A stretch of DNA of 64,000 nt from NCBI GenBank assembly GCA_028534125.1, contig CM052816.1:70372001-70436000 (forward strand). Reading direction: 5' to 3'. This document shows, in pieces, positions 1 through 13,965 of the stretch (positions are counted from its first letter, which is position 1; each line of letters opens with the position of its first letter). Below the pieces are notes generated by a model that saw only the letters and a program-made list of their open reading frames with translations, made no database searches and was not told the origin of the DNA. Source of the DNA: Lama glama. Its lineage: Eukaryota. The position numbers and the translations under genes were made by a program.

Positions 1-59
1 TTTTGTTTTCTTTGTCATATGTATATCTATTAGCTTATCTCCCTCTTTTTAAAGTTCTG

Positions 60-190
60 TTTCTTAAAATCGTTTTTAAAATTTTTATACAATTTTAAAG
101 GTTACTTTCCATTTACAATTATTATTATTATTATTATAATTATTATAATTATTACAATTATTACAGAATATTGGCTGTATTCACAAATGG
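60..190 (-). mobile_element. Short L1 3'-end fragment with (ATT)n expansion
   Basis: aaggttact...attacagaatattggctgtattc resembles the L1 tails at 37250 and 60680. Confidence 0.45.
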
Positions 191-237
191 GAACCTCCTT
201 CTCTGTAAGTAGGAATTTGAACTTACTGATTGAAGGA

Positions 238-284
238 ATATATATATATATTATAATATATATATATATAAATAAATATATATA
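238..284. repeat. (TA)n low-complexity tract
   Basis: Seen directly. Confidence 0.85.
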
Positions 285-2089
285 GTTTTGTCAATAAGAG
301 GGCAATTTACAAACCTGCCATTTTTACCATTCTCCTGTCTAGCCTAAATAAATAAGAGAGGGATGGACTGAGTATGCTGTGTATGGGCATAATAAAAAAC
401 TCCTATGGCACAAGAGAACTTCATCATATAAAGTAATTGTAGCTATTATCCTTAGAGGAACTAGGAAGGGGCAAATGAGTTGTCACTGTTTGATTCTGTC
501 AGTTCTGTAACATAAATAATCTTCTTGATACAGTTTACAGAGTGGCACACTGTGCATGGAGAGTGGTGGTGTTTCTTCTGTGTATCAGGATGGATGACCA
601 TATGAAAGATGCTGTGATAAAGGGAAAATCTTCCTGTTACTAAGTGCATATACTTTCAACTCTTACCCTATTCATATTCAACCCAAACAAATCAGTAGTA
701 CTCTTATTAACTTACATAGGTGGATATTATTTGGCAAATTATGAAACAGTTTGTTACACTTTTTTAAAAGTCAGTAACACAACATCTGATTCTTTTTAAC
801 AAAAAGTTTCTCCCCTTGAATACTTTCATTAACTTTGTCTGTGGATTATAACCAGTTGTTATTTCCATTGAATAACCCAACTTTTCTAGTTTCTGGTTCC
901 ACGAACTGGAGCCCAGTAGACTTAATTACATTTAAAGATCACTTAAGTGGCCGAACTTTGCCTTAGCTTGAAGATGTGAGTTTAACTGTGACTTGCTATG
1001 CATTAGCTGCCTATTGTACCGTAGGAATGTTCGGCTGTGTGTGCACGTGAAAAATAATGGAACTGGGTCCAAAAGAATACCCAGTGGATTCTCAAATCAT
1101 TAGTTTTGGATTAGGTCTTTACTTTGGCAACATGTGTACAAATAAACAAGCATGACTGAAATTAATTTATTGCATTCAAGAGACATCTGTAATTCTGCAG
1201 TTACTCGGCGAGAAAGAATTAAACAATTTCAGCTTTGACCATTTCCTTTCTTATTCTAGCTAAACAAACCTCGCCTTCCCAAATTAGTCAGATCTTCTCT
1301 TCCAAATGATAGGAAAACAAAGGGCCTCATAAGTAAACCTTCGTTTTTATCTATTTTAATACATATAAAAACACAAGGATGACATTAAAATGTCATGAAA
1401 AGCCAGCTTAGATACAAATTAAAGACTAATGCTTGTCACTTCAAGTGGATCTGGGGCATCTGTGCCAAAGTGTTGTAGCACATACCATGTGAGAGAACAG
1501 GAACTGAGCTCATCTTTTCCAGTTCTGAAATATGAAGCTGGGGTACACATCACTTCTGAATATCTCATGGATCCTGGAAAGGTATATTCAACAGCACTTT
1601 ATTTCAAAAGTTTTTTTTTTCCCATTTTGTTTTCCTTCCTTTTAAGAAAGGAGGAAAACTGTGACTAAAGGAAGGCAAAAGATACAGTCTATGAAATTGT
1701 CACAGTGCCCTCTGTCTCATTAGGAGCACTCTCAGCAAAGCTGAAGGGCTGGCCAGAGGGGTCAGCCTCTTCTGACCAAGGAAATGTAACCAAAGGCCAG
1801 GGGGATCAGAAATAAATCAGAGTGAATGACAATCCTGTTCTAATAAGTGACCAACATAATGTTCAAGGGTATTTACTGTGGACTAAGAAAGAAGAGTCTT
1901 GGGATTTCTGTCAAGGTCAGAAGACTTTTTAATATCAAGTGATTAACTGGGAAAATGTTTATGAGTGCCAATATGTGTAATTGGAAGGCCTATAGGAAGA
2001 AGGGAAGGGAGAGAAGGAAGAAGATAAATCCAGGTGGTAGAAGGAAAAAAAGGGGGTTGAGGAGCCATTTAATAATAATAATGGAAGTA

Positions 2090-2412
2090 AATAAACAAAA
2101 AAATAAAAAGGCAACCTATGGAATGAGAGGAAATATTTGCAAACCATATATTTGATAAGGAGTTAATATCCAAAATACATAAAGCACTCATCCAACTCAA
2201 GAGCAAAAATCCACATAACCTTTTTTTAAAAATGGGCAAAATACCTGAATAGATATTTTTCCAAAGAAGACATACAAATGGCCAACAGATAAATGTAAAG
2301 ATGCTCAACAATGCTAATCATCATGGAAATGCAAATAAAAGCCATGATGAGATATCACCTTATGCCGATTAGAATGGCTGTTACCTAAAAATCAAAAGAT
2401 AACAAGTGTTTA
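2090..2412 (+). mobile_element. L1 ORF2 3' fragment (copy 1)
   Basis: atatttgcaaaccatatatttgataaggagttaatatccaaaata...gaaatgcaaataaaagccatgatgagatatcacc is typical L1 ORF2 C-terminal sequence. Confidence 0.85.
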
Positions 2413-2439
2413 GGTCTTCTGCCAATTAGCAATTCTCCA

Positions 2440-3322
2440 GTAAAAACATACAAATGGCTAAAAGGCAGATGAAAAAATGCTCAATATTGCTAATTATCAG
2501 AGAAATGCAAATCGAAACTACAATGAGGTATCACCTTACACCAGTCAGAACTGCCATAATTCAAAAATTCACAAATGATAAATGCTGGAGAGGGTAAGTA
2601 GAAAAGGAAACCCTCCTACACTGCTGGTGGGAATGTAGTTTGGTGCAGCTGTTATGGAAAACAGTATGGAGAGTCCTCAAAAAATTAAAAATAGGTTTAC
2701 CATATGATCCAATGATCCCACTCCTGGGCATATATTTAGAGGGAAATCTAATTTGAAAAGATATATGAACCTGATGTTTATAGCAACACCATATACAATA
2801 GCCAAGAGATGGGAACAACTTAAATGTCCATCGACAAATGACTGGATAAAGAAGTTGTGGTATATTTATACAATGGAATACTATTCAGCCATAAAAAATA
2901 ATAAAATAATGCCACTTGCAGCAACATGGATGGACCTAGAGATTGTCATTCTCAGTGAAGTAAGCCAGAAAGAGAAAGAAAAATACCATATGATATCACT
3001 TGCATGTGGAATCTTAAAAAAAAAAGCCATAAATGAACTTTTCTACAAAACAGAAACAGACTCACAGACATGGAAAACAAACTTATGGTTACCAGAAGGG
3101 AAAGGGAGTGGGAAGGGATAAATTGGGAGTTTGAGACTTGCAAATGTTAACCACTATATATAAAAATAGATTAAAAAAATTTCTTCTGTATAGCACAGAG
3201 AACTATATTCAATTATCTTATAATAAACTTTAATGAAAAAGAATATGAAAACGAATATATGTATGTATATTCATGACTGAGACATTGTGCTGTGCACCAG
3301 AAATTGACACATTGTAACTGAT
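2440..3322 (+). mobile_element. L1 ORF2 C-terminus plus 3' UTR (copy 2)
   Basis: ORF 2753-3121 has [18 protein letters not shown] and AATWMDLE..ILSEVSQ; the 3' UTR resembles other copies in the window. Confidence 0.93.
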
Positions 3323-6300
3323 TAGGAACCATAGAATGTTATTTTCTAGATTCATTTAGGACTTGGATGACAACAAAATGATGTAGAAGACAGACATAGA
3401 GTCAGAAAACAAAAGCTGTGATGTCACTTTAGCATCGTTTAGACAATCTCATGATATGCTATTTATGATTTTATTTTATTTTAAATTATATTTAACTTAC
3501 AGAGTTAAACATGTAAAATTAAATTGACTTATGGAGTTAAAAATAATTTATAACTTATCTTGTCCTAGAAAATATTTCAGGTGCCCTGAATCATAGTTAG
3601 CTAAGTATTTCTATACTCCTTTATCTCTCCTAACTGGATTGTCCATTCCATGGGGCTGGAGCCTGTCCTAGCCATCTTTGTTTCTCCAGCAGTATCCAGT
3701 AATTCTTGATGGGGTAAGTCCCCAACATTTGTTGAATTCATTCCTGCTGAGATGGCTTGACAGATGGAGTGTACAAAGATAGGCTTCTAGAGAAAAGAAC
3801 TCTGTTGATTGTCTCCCAAATGAAATAGAATATTTTAGAATCAAGGCTAGATGGCATGATTCAAATTTAATACTTTTTGTGGATTAGCAGATGACCCTTT
3901 TGAGTCTTTAAATATCAACAGAATGTTGAATGAAAAACATTTCTACATTTGAAATCTTTCACTTTGTAAATATTTTCCTGGGCCAGCAACTGTCATCATT
4001 GTACCCTTGTACATTGTATTTTAATTGATATTACCTCTTCTCTTTTGTAAGGGAACAAAAGAGGCAGGTGCACACGGGCCATTTTCATCCCTAGGTTCTG
4101 CTTTTATCGCAACAACTTTGTGGGTGTTACTGGTTGCCTTCTGCCTGTATTCATTTTACTTTTCATTTGTTGGCAGCTCTTACTTGTACTTTGAGAAAAT
4201 AACAAGGGCACTTCACAGACTTTAGTTTTACCTTATTCTTGTATTATTTTTTCACTTGCACAATATGAATGCTATAGTTAAAGTGGCAATTAAAATACAA
4301 TACCACATTATATATATTTAAAGCTGTGTTATCTGTGACAGTGCAAGGCTTATAGTAAATAATTAATAACAATGGATTAAGAGATTTACCATCATAACTA
4401 TCTTCTGAAATCCTGGTTCTGCAAGTCACTTGTTCTTGACTCTGGACAAGTTATATCACCCCTTCCGGTTTCAGTTTTAACATCTGAAAAGTGAAGAAAA
4501 TAAAGCAAACAATACATAAGACTATTGAAACTTTAGCATCCTGTGATTGACTGCAGAGTATAGGTTAGTTCATTACCTCTGATTTTCCACTAGGAGAGTC
4601 AAGCTATGTGTATTTTTATAGGGTGGATGAATTTAGAATCCAGCTTTACCTTTTCTGCTTTTCAGAAGAAAGGCCAAATTCAGGGCAAATTATATTAAAC
4701 TATTTCTTGTAGTATCATAAATGTCCTTCTTTCTTCAACCACTTAGTGTAGGCCTAGGGCAGGCAGCAAAGATTCTTTCTGGCATATCATTTCACTAATG
4801 GGGAAAGGCTTTCAGAAGTATCACTGCTCCCACTGATACTCAAGCTGTCCTGACTATAAAAAATTTTTTTAGCCTCCTAAAACTACCCAATAAGGAAAAG
4901 AAATAACCAGCACCAACTTGACTTTAGATGAAATCATAAAACTAATCCAAACACAAGTTAACTTGGAAGAAATTAAACCCCTTTACAGTGAACAACTGAA
5001 GTCTGTGAAAGTGGTTGCTGCTTTTCAGAAGGGTGTTGGTGGGGAGGCCACCTAGCTACAAATTACACTGTAAGAGTTTGTGGGCCTGTAAATTATTTCT
5101 GAAAGATTGTTGGTGGTCATATTCTTCTGTTATACAGAACAAATTTCCAGCAAGAGAATTACCAGGGTTGATATCTGATATCAAGCCAGTTAAGATGGAA
5201 AAAAATAACAGAAAATGTATTATAAGTGCCAGTAAAATACTCACTATTTCCCCCTTCTTTTTAAGATGGATAGTTTAAACATGATTTCTTTTATTTTTTT
5301 TTCCCTGGGAGTCATTTTTCTGACTCAAGTGATATGTGATCAACAATGTAATATACTCCAAAGATGGAGATGAATTGCAAAAGCCAGACAGGAATTTATT
5401 TTAAAAGCTTACACTACCCAAAGGATCAGAAAAATATATTGTGGGCTTCTAGGGATTCTGAAATAAACTTGGATTATGCTGCTAGCAGTGGGTAACTAAG
5501 GCTGCATACACTACTGCTGTACTCTGACATCTTTATTGACTTAAGGAAAAATCTCTAGATAGCCCTCAGGTAACTGCTTGCCCTACCACACTTGTCGTTG
5601 CTCCCCACGATCAGCAATAAAATAGTTCCTAATCGCTGGTAGATGACACTAATCAACTCTGTGAAATATGTTTTAAATCCATTTGAGTATCATGTGGAAA
5701 TCAGTATGTCCTGAGTTGCTCCCTTTCATTCAAATTGTAAGTACCCAAGTTTGGAATGAATGTTTAAGTATATGCTTAAAGATTAATATTTAAATTTTTA
5801 AAGAAAAATACATAAATAACTAAAATAACAATATCTCATGAATGGACAAATGAATGACTGTTTATATCTTATTTTAAAAAAATCTATTGTAGTCTTTCAA
5901 TCTGCTCCAGTGCTGTGTACTGTTATAGAAAGAGAACAATGAATATTTGGAGATGTCATTGCCTTCCCTGGATAGCCAGACTTCTGGAAATTTTTGTTCT
6001 CAAAGGTTATATACAATTCTGGCAGTTTATCCCACGAGAAGTTTAAGGTCTTTGCAGTCTCTCAAAAACAAACAAAATAAAGACCACTTTCTAAACTGTG
6101 GTCACAGAGAGATTTGCAACCACTTGAGTCTGAAGGGCAGTTTGAGTTGATGTGCCATTGATTAGCAGGCTCTCTACTCTGAATCCAGCAGGCAGCCCAT
6201 TCTGACCTTGACTCAAAGAGCAGGAGGGTGACTTGCACTTACATTAGAATTTGGATGCCCATGGATCATTTTAGTGTGCAAAATATTGGGACATGATAGA

Positions 6301-7069
6301 GTTAATAGTTTTTGTGATAGTGATTACATTCACTGCAAGGAGAAATAATTGTTTTTAAAAATACCTTCTCTAGCCAATCTGTAGTTTCTGGTACTTAGTA
6401 GAAATAATAGGTGCCTGGGACTTTCCCATGTCCTCATTAGTGTCAAATGTTAGGAGAATTTTGCACCTGAGTGAATTTGGCAGCAGTTCTGCACCAGGAA
6501 TTCGGCTTGTCCCTACAGAAAACTACCCAGGTTTGGTTGGTAACTGTAATACTGTCATGAATCGTACTTGAATTTTAAGTAGTTTGATCTAAGGCATGAC
6601 TTCTTCTATTTGTAGCAGTCTTATTGTGGCTACAGGAAAATCATGATTGAAGGTTATGTTGTGTGCATCTACTTTGTATAAATGCTCTTTTTCGCTTGGA
6701 AAAAGTTCAAATGGCTGAGTGTCCACAATTTTTAACTATTATAGATGGACAAATGATGCTCTGGAACTTCAAGAGATAATAAGGAAGTGTTTAGTTTTAG
6801 AGGATAATTGAAAAATATCCCTCTTTTTTACATAAGATGTGGTTATCTTAGAAGCACACTTTGTTTGCTTTCTTCCTACTTGAAGCCAAGATACACATCA
6901 CTCTGACTTCCTAGAGTTTCTTCACTCCTTCTTCTGCCAAATTACATCCCAGTCTCCTTTCAAAACTATGTGTAAAACACACATCCTTCAGGGAGCTTTC
7001 TGGACTAACCCCTCCAAGCTCTAGTCACTCTCACAATATTCCTGTTAGGTCTTACTTTTATTTTTTAAA

Positions 7070-8150
7070 ATTCAGTCATTCATTCCTTGAGTCATCTAAT
7101 ATGTGCACCAAGTCTACGCTAGTCCTAGTTCTAAGAACTTACGATATATTAGTGAACAAAATAAAGATCTCTTTCCTCAGGGAAGTTATATTTCAGCAGA
7201 GAGAGTGGGATGGTTAATTTTAGGTGTTACCTTGTCTAGGTCATGGCATCCAGATATTTGGCCAAACAGCAGTCTAGACATTACTGTGAAGGTATTTTTA
7301 AGATGAAATTAACAGACTTTGAGTAAAGCAGATTACTTTCCATAATTTGGGTGGCCCCATCCAATTATTGAAGGCCTTAAGAGAAAAAGACTAAGGAAGA
7401 AGCAATTTTGTCTCCAGACTTCCTTTGGATTCGAGCTGCAATATCAGCTCTTCCCTGGGTCTCCTGTTGGCCAACCTACCCTGCAGAATTCAAATTTTCC
7501 AGCCCCTACAATCACATGAACCAACTTCCTAAAATAAGCCTTCCTTTATCTCTCTTTCTGTCTCTCTCTCTGAAGACACACACACACACATACACACACA
7601 CAATTGGTTTTGTTTCTCTGGAGAACTCTCAGTAATACAGAGAGATACAATAATAAACATGATAATTTAAGTAAATTATATGATATGTTATAAGGTAATA
7701 AGTGTGAAAGAAAAATGGGGGGAAGTAGAGCAGGATAAGGGGGACTGGGAATGTTGGTGATGGGAATAAGGCTGTTTTACTAAATAGAGGAGGCCTCACT
7801 GAGGAGACAAGATTTGAGAGAATATCTGAAGATACTGGGAGAGTTAGCCAAGGGGCAGAGCAACCAACTGGAGCAAAGGTCCTAAGACAGAATTGTGTCT
7901 GGAGTGTTTAAGAAATAGCAAGGAAGCTGGTGTGGCTGGAATGGGGAGCACAAAGGGTTGAGTAGTAGGAGATGGGAGCATCATGGTAACAGGAAGCCGG
8001 AAGAATTAGAGCCTTACTGGTTCACTGTAGAGTGTTGAGCCAAGGTATGATATGATTCTGATTTCTGGTTTTTTTTTTTAAGTTATTCCTGTGTGCTGTG
8101 AGCATAGACTTTCAAGCCCAAGAGTAATAGCAGGGACATATGTTAGGAAT
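7070..8150 (-). mobile_element. L2 LINE fragment interrupted by an MLT2 LTR
   Basis: tcattcattc tail, tagtgaacaaaataaaga, gcaaaggtcct...tgtgtctggagtgtttaagaaatagcaaggaagctggtgtggctgga. Confidence 0.75.
7206..7639. mobile_element. MLT2 (ERVL) solo LTR with 5-bp target-site duplication GAGAG
   Basis: TG...CA termini; GAGAG at 7201-7205 and 7640-7644; MLT2-type gatggttaatttta, gagtaaagcagattac and tgtttctctggagaac; internal CT/CA repeat. Confidence 0.88.
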
Positions 8151-8480
8151 GTGTATCCATCAGCAATAGCTATGGATACACTATAACAAACCATCCTATA
8201 TTTTAGTTCCTAAAACAAGAACCATTATTTAGCTCACAAAATTCCTTAGATTGGCAAATTAGTCTTGGCTCAGGTGGGCAGTTCTACTTGGTCTTGTCTG
8301 CAGGCAGCTACAGGTTAGCTAAGTGGCTGTGCTTCAGGGAGCTGCCTAGCTATTGGCTTGGACAATGAGGGTGACTGGTTCACGTGCTTATTCACATGAT
8401 GGCAGCAGGTTTTCAAGAGAAGGAGCAGGAGTGTTCAAGGTCTTTTGAGAGCTATGCTCAGAATGACATGCCATCACGCG
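8150..8480. mobile_element. MLT1-type (MaLR) LTR fragment
   Basis: taacaaaccatcc...ccattatttagctcaca...ggctcaggtgggcagttc. Confidence 0.65.
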
Positions 8481-8547
8481 GTAGTGGTGGTGGTGGCGGT
8501 GGCGGTGGTGGTAGCAGTGGTAGTGTAGTAGTAGCAGCAGCGGCAGC
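8480..8547. repeat. (GGT/GGC/AGT/AGC)n compound trinucleotide repeat
   Basis: Seen directly. Confidence 0.85.
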
Positions 8548-8559
8548 CCACTCCAGGCA

Positions 8560-8755
8560 CTAACTGTTCCATGTGCTCCATGTGGATTCTCTCATTGAAT
8601 CCTCACAGTAATCCTTTTCTTTATAAAGGAGGAAACTAAGTCATAGAAAAGTTAACTAACTTTACCAGAGTCACACAGCCATAATGGCTTGCGTCCAGAA
8701 TTCAAACCCAGTCCTCCTGTTTCCATAGTGTTTCTCCCCACCACTCTGCTATACT
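8560..8755. mobile_element. MIR SINE
   Basis: aatcctcacag...gaggaaactaag...aagttaactaactttaccagagtcacacagc...attcaaaccc core. Confidence 0.75.
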
Positions 8756-9647
8756 GACACTCAGGAAGCAGGAACAAGGGTGGCCTTAGTGCTGTGTTTC
8801 AGCAGATTACATTTTAGGCATTAGATTCCATCATACTTTATTATGAAAGCCAGACTCCTGATCCCATAACCATTCTTTTAGCATATCTTGTTCTTATTTA
8901 CTTACTTAATTATCTCCATTTCAATTAAAAACCAATTTGAAGCAGCTTATACAAATTATACAGCATAATCAGAAAAAGAGTATGTGATGGGATGGGGCAA
9001 TTTGCATCCATCAGTCATTCTAATACCTGGCCTACTCATGGTAGGGAAATCATAAGTTTTATTGCCTCAAAATTTGCTTGCCAACCAGATTCAGAAAGTA
9101 ATATGCAAATTTTGACAAACTTTCATAATTGTCCATGTTTTTAATAGAATGAATGGTAAATTTCCTATGCTGTTTTAGTATAAACAGCATGTCAGACGTT
9201 TTGCCCTGTACATAATCAAAATGTTATCTTTGAATTATAAACACATTATAATTGTGGCCGGCACAATGAGTAAATAAAGTTTATTCCAATTAGAATTTAG
9301 CCTTAGAGTCACTTGTATCTATTTCCTGTTTCTCTAAAACAAACCCACTTCCTATTCTTTTTATTAATATAAGACCTCAACACAGTGCAAGCATATGCCT
9401 TTGACCATAAACTAATTTTCAGTCATAGTGGCCATGTAAATCCATTTTTGAAAGTGGCAATTTAGAGATGACAGCGGAATACTCAAAAGGAGCTGTCTGC
9501 AGGCAGATAGGTAAGTATCTGTAACTTTGGTCCAGTGTGGGTGGGCAGAGTGTGATTGTAAACCCACTCAAAGGCAGGAGACAGCAACTGACACAGACCC
9601 ATTCCCATCATCAAACTTCCCCAGCTTGGGAATGAATGAATGAAAGA

Positions 9648-9650
<3 letters not shown>

Positions 9651-9684
<34 letters not shown>
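9651..9684. repeat. (CA)n microsatellite, about 17 units
   Basis: Seen directly. Confidence 0.95.
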
Positions 9685-9690
<6 letters not shown>

Positions 9691-9879
9691 GAAGACCTCA
9701 TATTTAACATGTTTAAAATGAGACATATTCTGAATTTTTTCTTTTTGCCTCAAGTCTCTTAGCTCTATCCATTCTTTGCACTACCACTAGATCAATCATA
9801 TTAAAGCCTGTGTGTTGTTTTCTCCTGAAAATCTTTAATGACTGTCTATTGCCAATAAGATCCATACAGTCTTCCCTCA

Positions 9880-10360
9880 TTTGGGCAGGTTGGTTAGCTA
9901 AGGCAACAGGCATTCCGAGCACTTTTCTTCTTTACCACCCCACTGCAAAAGCTGGAAAGAAGATGGTTTTTTTTCCTCTGTCTCTCTTTCAGCTGTGAGT
10001 GGCCAGTGACTCAGTTTTAGATGAGATATGAGAGTACTGGGGTTTCTGGGAAAGACTGCTTTTCTGATAAAAAGAATATATGTGGTTGTTGCTATTTTTT
10101 TCCCTACTTCCTGTCTTGAATGTAGTCATAATGCCTGTAGCTTCTGCATTCCTTTTGTGACCATGAGGAGACAAATAGAAGGATAAAAAGTCCCTAAGGA
10201 TGGCAGAGCAGTAGAAAAACCCTAGTCCATGAGGACTCTGTTGAGCTACTGACACAACTGACCTGAGACTGCCTACTTGTGGATTTCTTGCTAAGCAAAC
10301 AATACATTGTCTTTATGTTTTAATCAGGTTTTCTGTTTCTTGTAGATGACATTATTCCTC
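9880..10360. mobile_element. MLT1 (MaLR, I/J-like) LTR
   Basis: gtggccagtgactcagtttt, tgtgaccatgagg, aggatggcagagcag, gttttctgtttcttgtag. Confidence 0.65.
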
Positions 10361-10831
10361 ATTCAGCCTTGCATTCAGACACCTACACTATGTGATTTGA
10401 AGCTGTTCTTCCATACACATTTATATTTTCTACTTGATCACTGTGTTTCAGAAAAATCTTCACTAGTTTCCACTTCTAGAACACTCCCTGGCCCTTCCTG
10501 CTGTAGTGACTTAGCTCGTGTTATGTCTTCTGCATGGAATTCCTTTTCTTGTATTCTTCCACCACCCCACCCTGACTCCTTTCTTTGTCTTTTGTCTTGC
10601 TGTGTAGTCTTGGATGTCCAACTTACATGTCACCTCCTCCATGAAAACTTTCCTGCTCTTTCTGGAGGTGATACTTTCCTTCTTTGAATCCCTATGGAGC
10701 TTGGCTCTGTACAACAAAGATCACATCAAGCCCCAGAATAAAATTACCTACATTCTAAATTTTAATACTCGACTAACATTTGACTTATAATGTCATTATT
10801 TCTCCTTGAGGAGGGGTTGAACTTAGGTATT

Positions 10832-10868
10832 TGTCTGTCTATCTGTCTGTCTGTCTATCTATCTATCT
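10832..10868. repeat. (TCTG)n(TCTA)n tetranucleotide repeat
   Basis: Seen directly. Confidence 0.85.
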
Positions 10869-12349
10869 AAATGAATAGATTAATGAATACAGGGAATGGA
10901 TTGGAGGTATCTAAAATTTAAAGTAGTCTGGGAGCAACAGAATTGAGAAATGGTGAAACAGAGAGGACTCCATAGATAGAGTCAAAGAGGAGAGTATCCT
11001 CTCAGAGTAAGGAGAGCATGAAAAGTTCCATCAGTTACAGGACAACCTAATGAGGTTTTGATCAATTGCATGTAATGAAGCAACTTTTTAGTTGCAAGGC
11101 ACATTTTGACTGTTGAATGCTTGTCCTTTTGTACATTGTTTTTGTTATATTTAATGAGAATTGGGCACATAATTCTATATATTCCACAAGGAAAACCAAC
11201 CCCATAAAATACTCTAATTAAAATTTATATTCTTTGTGGCTTAATCACATGTTTTCTTCATATTATAACCTAATATGCTTGCTTAGAAAAACACATTTCA
11301 TTGTTTTTGAGTCATTTCCCCATCTTGAGTTTATTAAACTTGAAATAAAAGAAATTATTCTAAAAACAAAGCTCTGTTTTCTACACTGGACCTTGAAAAA
11401 CTTTTGAAACTAAATAACATTAAAATTCAAAACATTAAGTAAATATAAATCTTAAAAATGGTAAGGCCTTGCCCATATCAGATATAGACATTTATTACAG
11501 CAACATGGGAGTCATTTTTATCCCTTGGTCTTTTCCAGTTGAGGATATTTGATTAACGTGATGTTAATTGCCTAATATTAGGTAATGAATTAAGTTACTC
11601 ATCCTGTGCCTAGCCCCTTCCCACCCAGTTCTAGCAGCAAAGGGTGGCTGAGGATAAATATTTCCATGAGGGGAAGTAAATCTACTTACATGAATGTACA
11701 GACAGACATATCCATGGCCTTAAAGAGAGAAAGAGAGAGAGAGAGAAAGCTTTGGGAGAAAATATTTCAAATATTTGCCTCTCTCTCCCCATCATGTTTT
11801 ACAGATATGTATTACAGAGGGTAAAATGCTTAGCAAATAAGGAAAGCCCACGAGCACTCCCTGAAGACTGCTGTCACTACTAGGTCTTGATGACAGCCAG
11901 CATTCTGAAGAAATATATCTAAATCATGGACTTTTTTAAAAAAGTTAAGAAATCCAGAAAAGTCGTAGGTCCTGATTACAGATTCTGGCACAATCTCAGC
12001 AACAGTTTTTAGACATAATGTCCTCTTGGTTGTAAACCCACATATGGCTCTTTTACTGGCCAAGTTCAGAGCCAGTTTCTTCATGCAAGCCTGGAACTCT
12101 GTCTACTCCTTTCAGATCTTTCAACAGTTTTCAAGGAGTCAGCCTTCCTTCTTTCCAGAAAGCAACCACCCATTCTTTCAACTTCATGTCACTAACATTA
12201 CTCATCACAGTAGAGGAATAGACAAGGATAATCATATTTTTTGAAAATTTGGAAACAGCCCAAGATTCCAAACTTCTTTCAAAATTACCTAAATCATTTC
12301 CTCATCTATGACTCAATTTTCTCAGATGTTATTTGAAGTTTCCTATCTT

Positions 12350-13005
12350 TGTTCATTCTCTCATTCACTTCTTCATTCAACAAATATTTATCAAGTGCCT
12401 ACTATGTGGGGAGCACTGTTTTGGACTCTGGGGTTGTAGCAGTGGACAAAATCCTAATGGAGTTTGCATTCTAGTGGGAAGACAGAGATGATTACAAATA
12501 AACAAAAACCAGTATACCAGGTAGTGATAAGTGATATGAAGAAAATAAGCAGATTTACGGAGAAAGAGAAAGCTGGGTGGGAGGGCTGCTGTTTTGCATT
12601 GGGTGGTCAGCTCTGACAGTGTACATGGAGAGGGAAGTGAGGGGATGCACCATGTGGATGCCTGGAGGAAGAGCCTTTCAGGCAGAGGAAACAGGACTGT
12701 GCAAAGGTCCTGAGTATGTTGATGTGTTCAGGAAATGACTGGGATCAGTGTGGCTGGAGCAGAATGAGCCAGGTGCATGGGGTAGGAGGAAATGACATTA
12801 GATAAGAGAGGACTGAGGCCAGATCAAGACCTTGTTGTCCGTTTTAAGGGTTCTGGCATTTACTCCAAGTGAATGGAATAACTTTTAGCAGATTGATGTG
12901 ATGAGATTTAAGTCTTAAAAGGATCACTTTGGCTGCTATGTTGAGAATGCACTTCAGGGGCCAGGCTCATAAGCAGGGAGCCCAGATAGGCTATTGTAAG
13001 AATTC
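12350..13005 (-). mobile_element. L2 LINE 3' fragment
   Basis: ttcattcaacaaatatttatcaagtgcctactatgtg...ttcaggcagaggaaacag...tgcaaaggtcctgag...aaaggatcactttggctgct. Confidence 0.85.
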
Positions 13006-13724
13006 AAATGCTACATCTACATGAGTCTTGTCTTAGAAATTTATATATCCTGCCTCGTCTGGGTTAGATGTTGAAGCAAGATGCTCACCTCAAGGCCAAC
13101 TTCTGGGCATAGCATTATCTCAGAAATATTCGTAACCCACTGCGATCTCCCCTCTATACACAGACCATTGTGTCCCCAATCCACCTACACCCTACTCAGC
13201 TTCTGTGACACTATCCTAGTGCAGGGGGAAGACATTCAGCCTTTTGGCCCTCAAAGAGTCTTCCTCTGGGCTTCAGATGTTTTTGCATGAATCTTGCATT
13301 TGTATCTTTTTCGTCATCCAAGGTGTCTTTGATACCTCTTGATTTGAGAAATTCTCTTCCATCCCTTGGTCTATTAAAAAAAATCATCTTGGTCTTATCT
13401 GCAGCACATTCAGTTGAATGTTACCAAAGCAGGTTCTGGCTTTAGTTGGATCTCAGTCTCCTCACCTGTTCTCAGTGGTGCCTGAAATTAGTCTGTAGCT
13501 GATTTGCACCCTGTGCCCATTATCCTAAGGGCACTAGTGCCTCTTTCTTCAGCATTAGCGGAATTTGCCCTGCTTCCTCTCCCCCTCAGACCTCCTACAA
13601 AGTTCCTATTTCCAGTCTGAGAGATGCCTCTGGTCCAGAGCTCATTTTGGGAGCAATAATGATTGACAGGCTCTGAGCCTTCATTCCATTTTTCAGTTCC
13701 GACCACCTTCTCACATTACCTATG

Positions 13725-13965
13725 CCAGAGGTTGCTGGCAACCCACCAGCCATATCTGCTCACAGATATGTTTCATTTGGCCCATACAGTACTGTTTAAA
13801 AATTTTTTTGAATAATTGCCAACACTTAAAAATGATGGGATTTATATAATAACCTAAAATTTTCATTTCTCTTGAAAAATTGTTAGACTTCGCCAAACCA
13901 AGTACACATGCTCACTTGGCGACGGGACATTGCGATTCAGCAGCCGCTGAGGCATGCGCACTACA
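13725..13965. mobile_element. MER102-like hAT DNA transposon
   Basis: atgtttcatttggcccatacagt...ttgccaacacttaaaaat...ttctcttgaaaaat. Confidence 0.6.

Noticed and set aside
1379..1396. Perfect 8-bp hairpin ATGACATT-aa-AATGTCAT
   Set aside because: Expected by chance in 64 kb of AT-rich DNA
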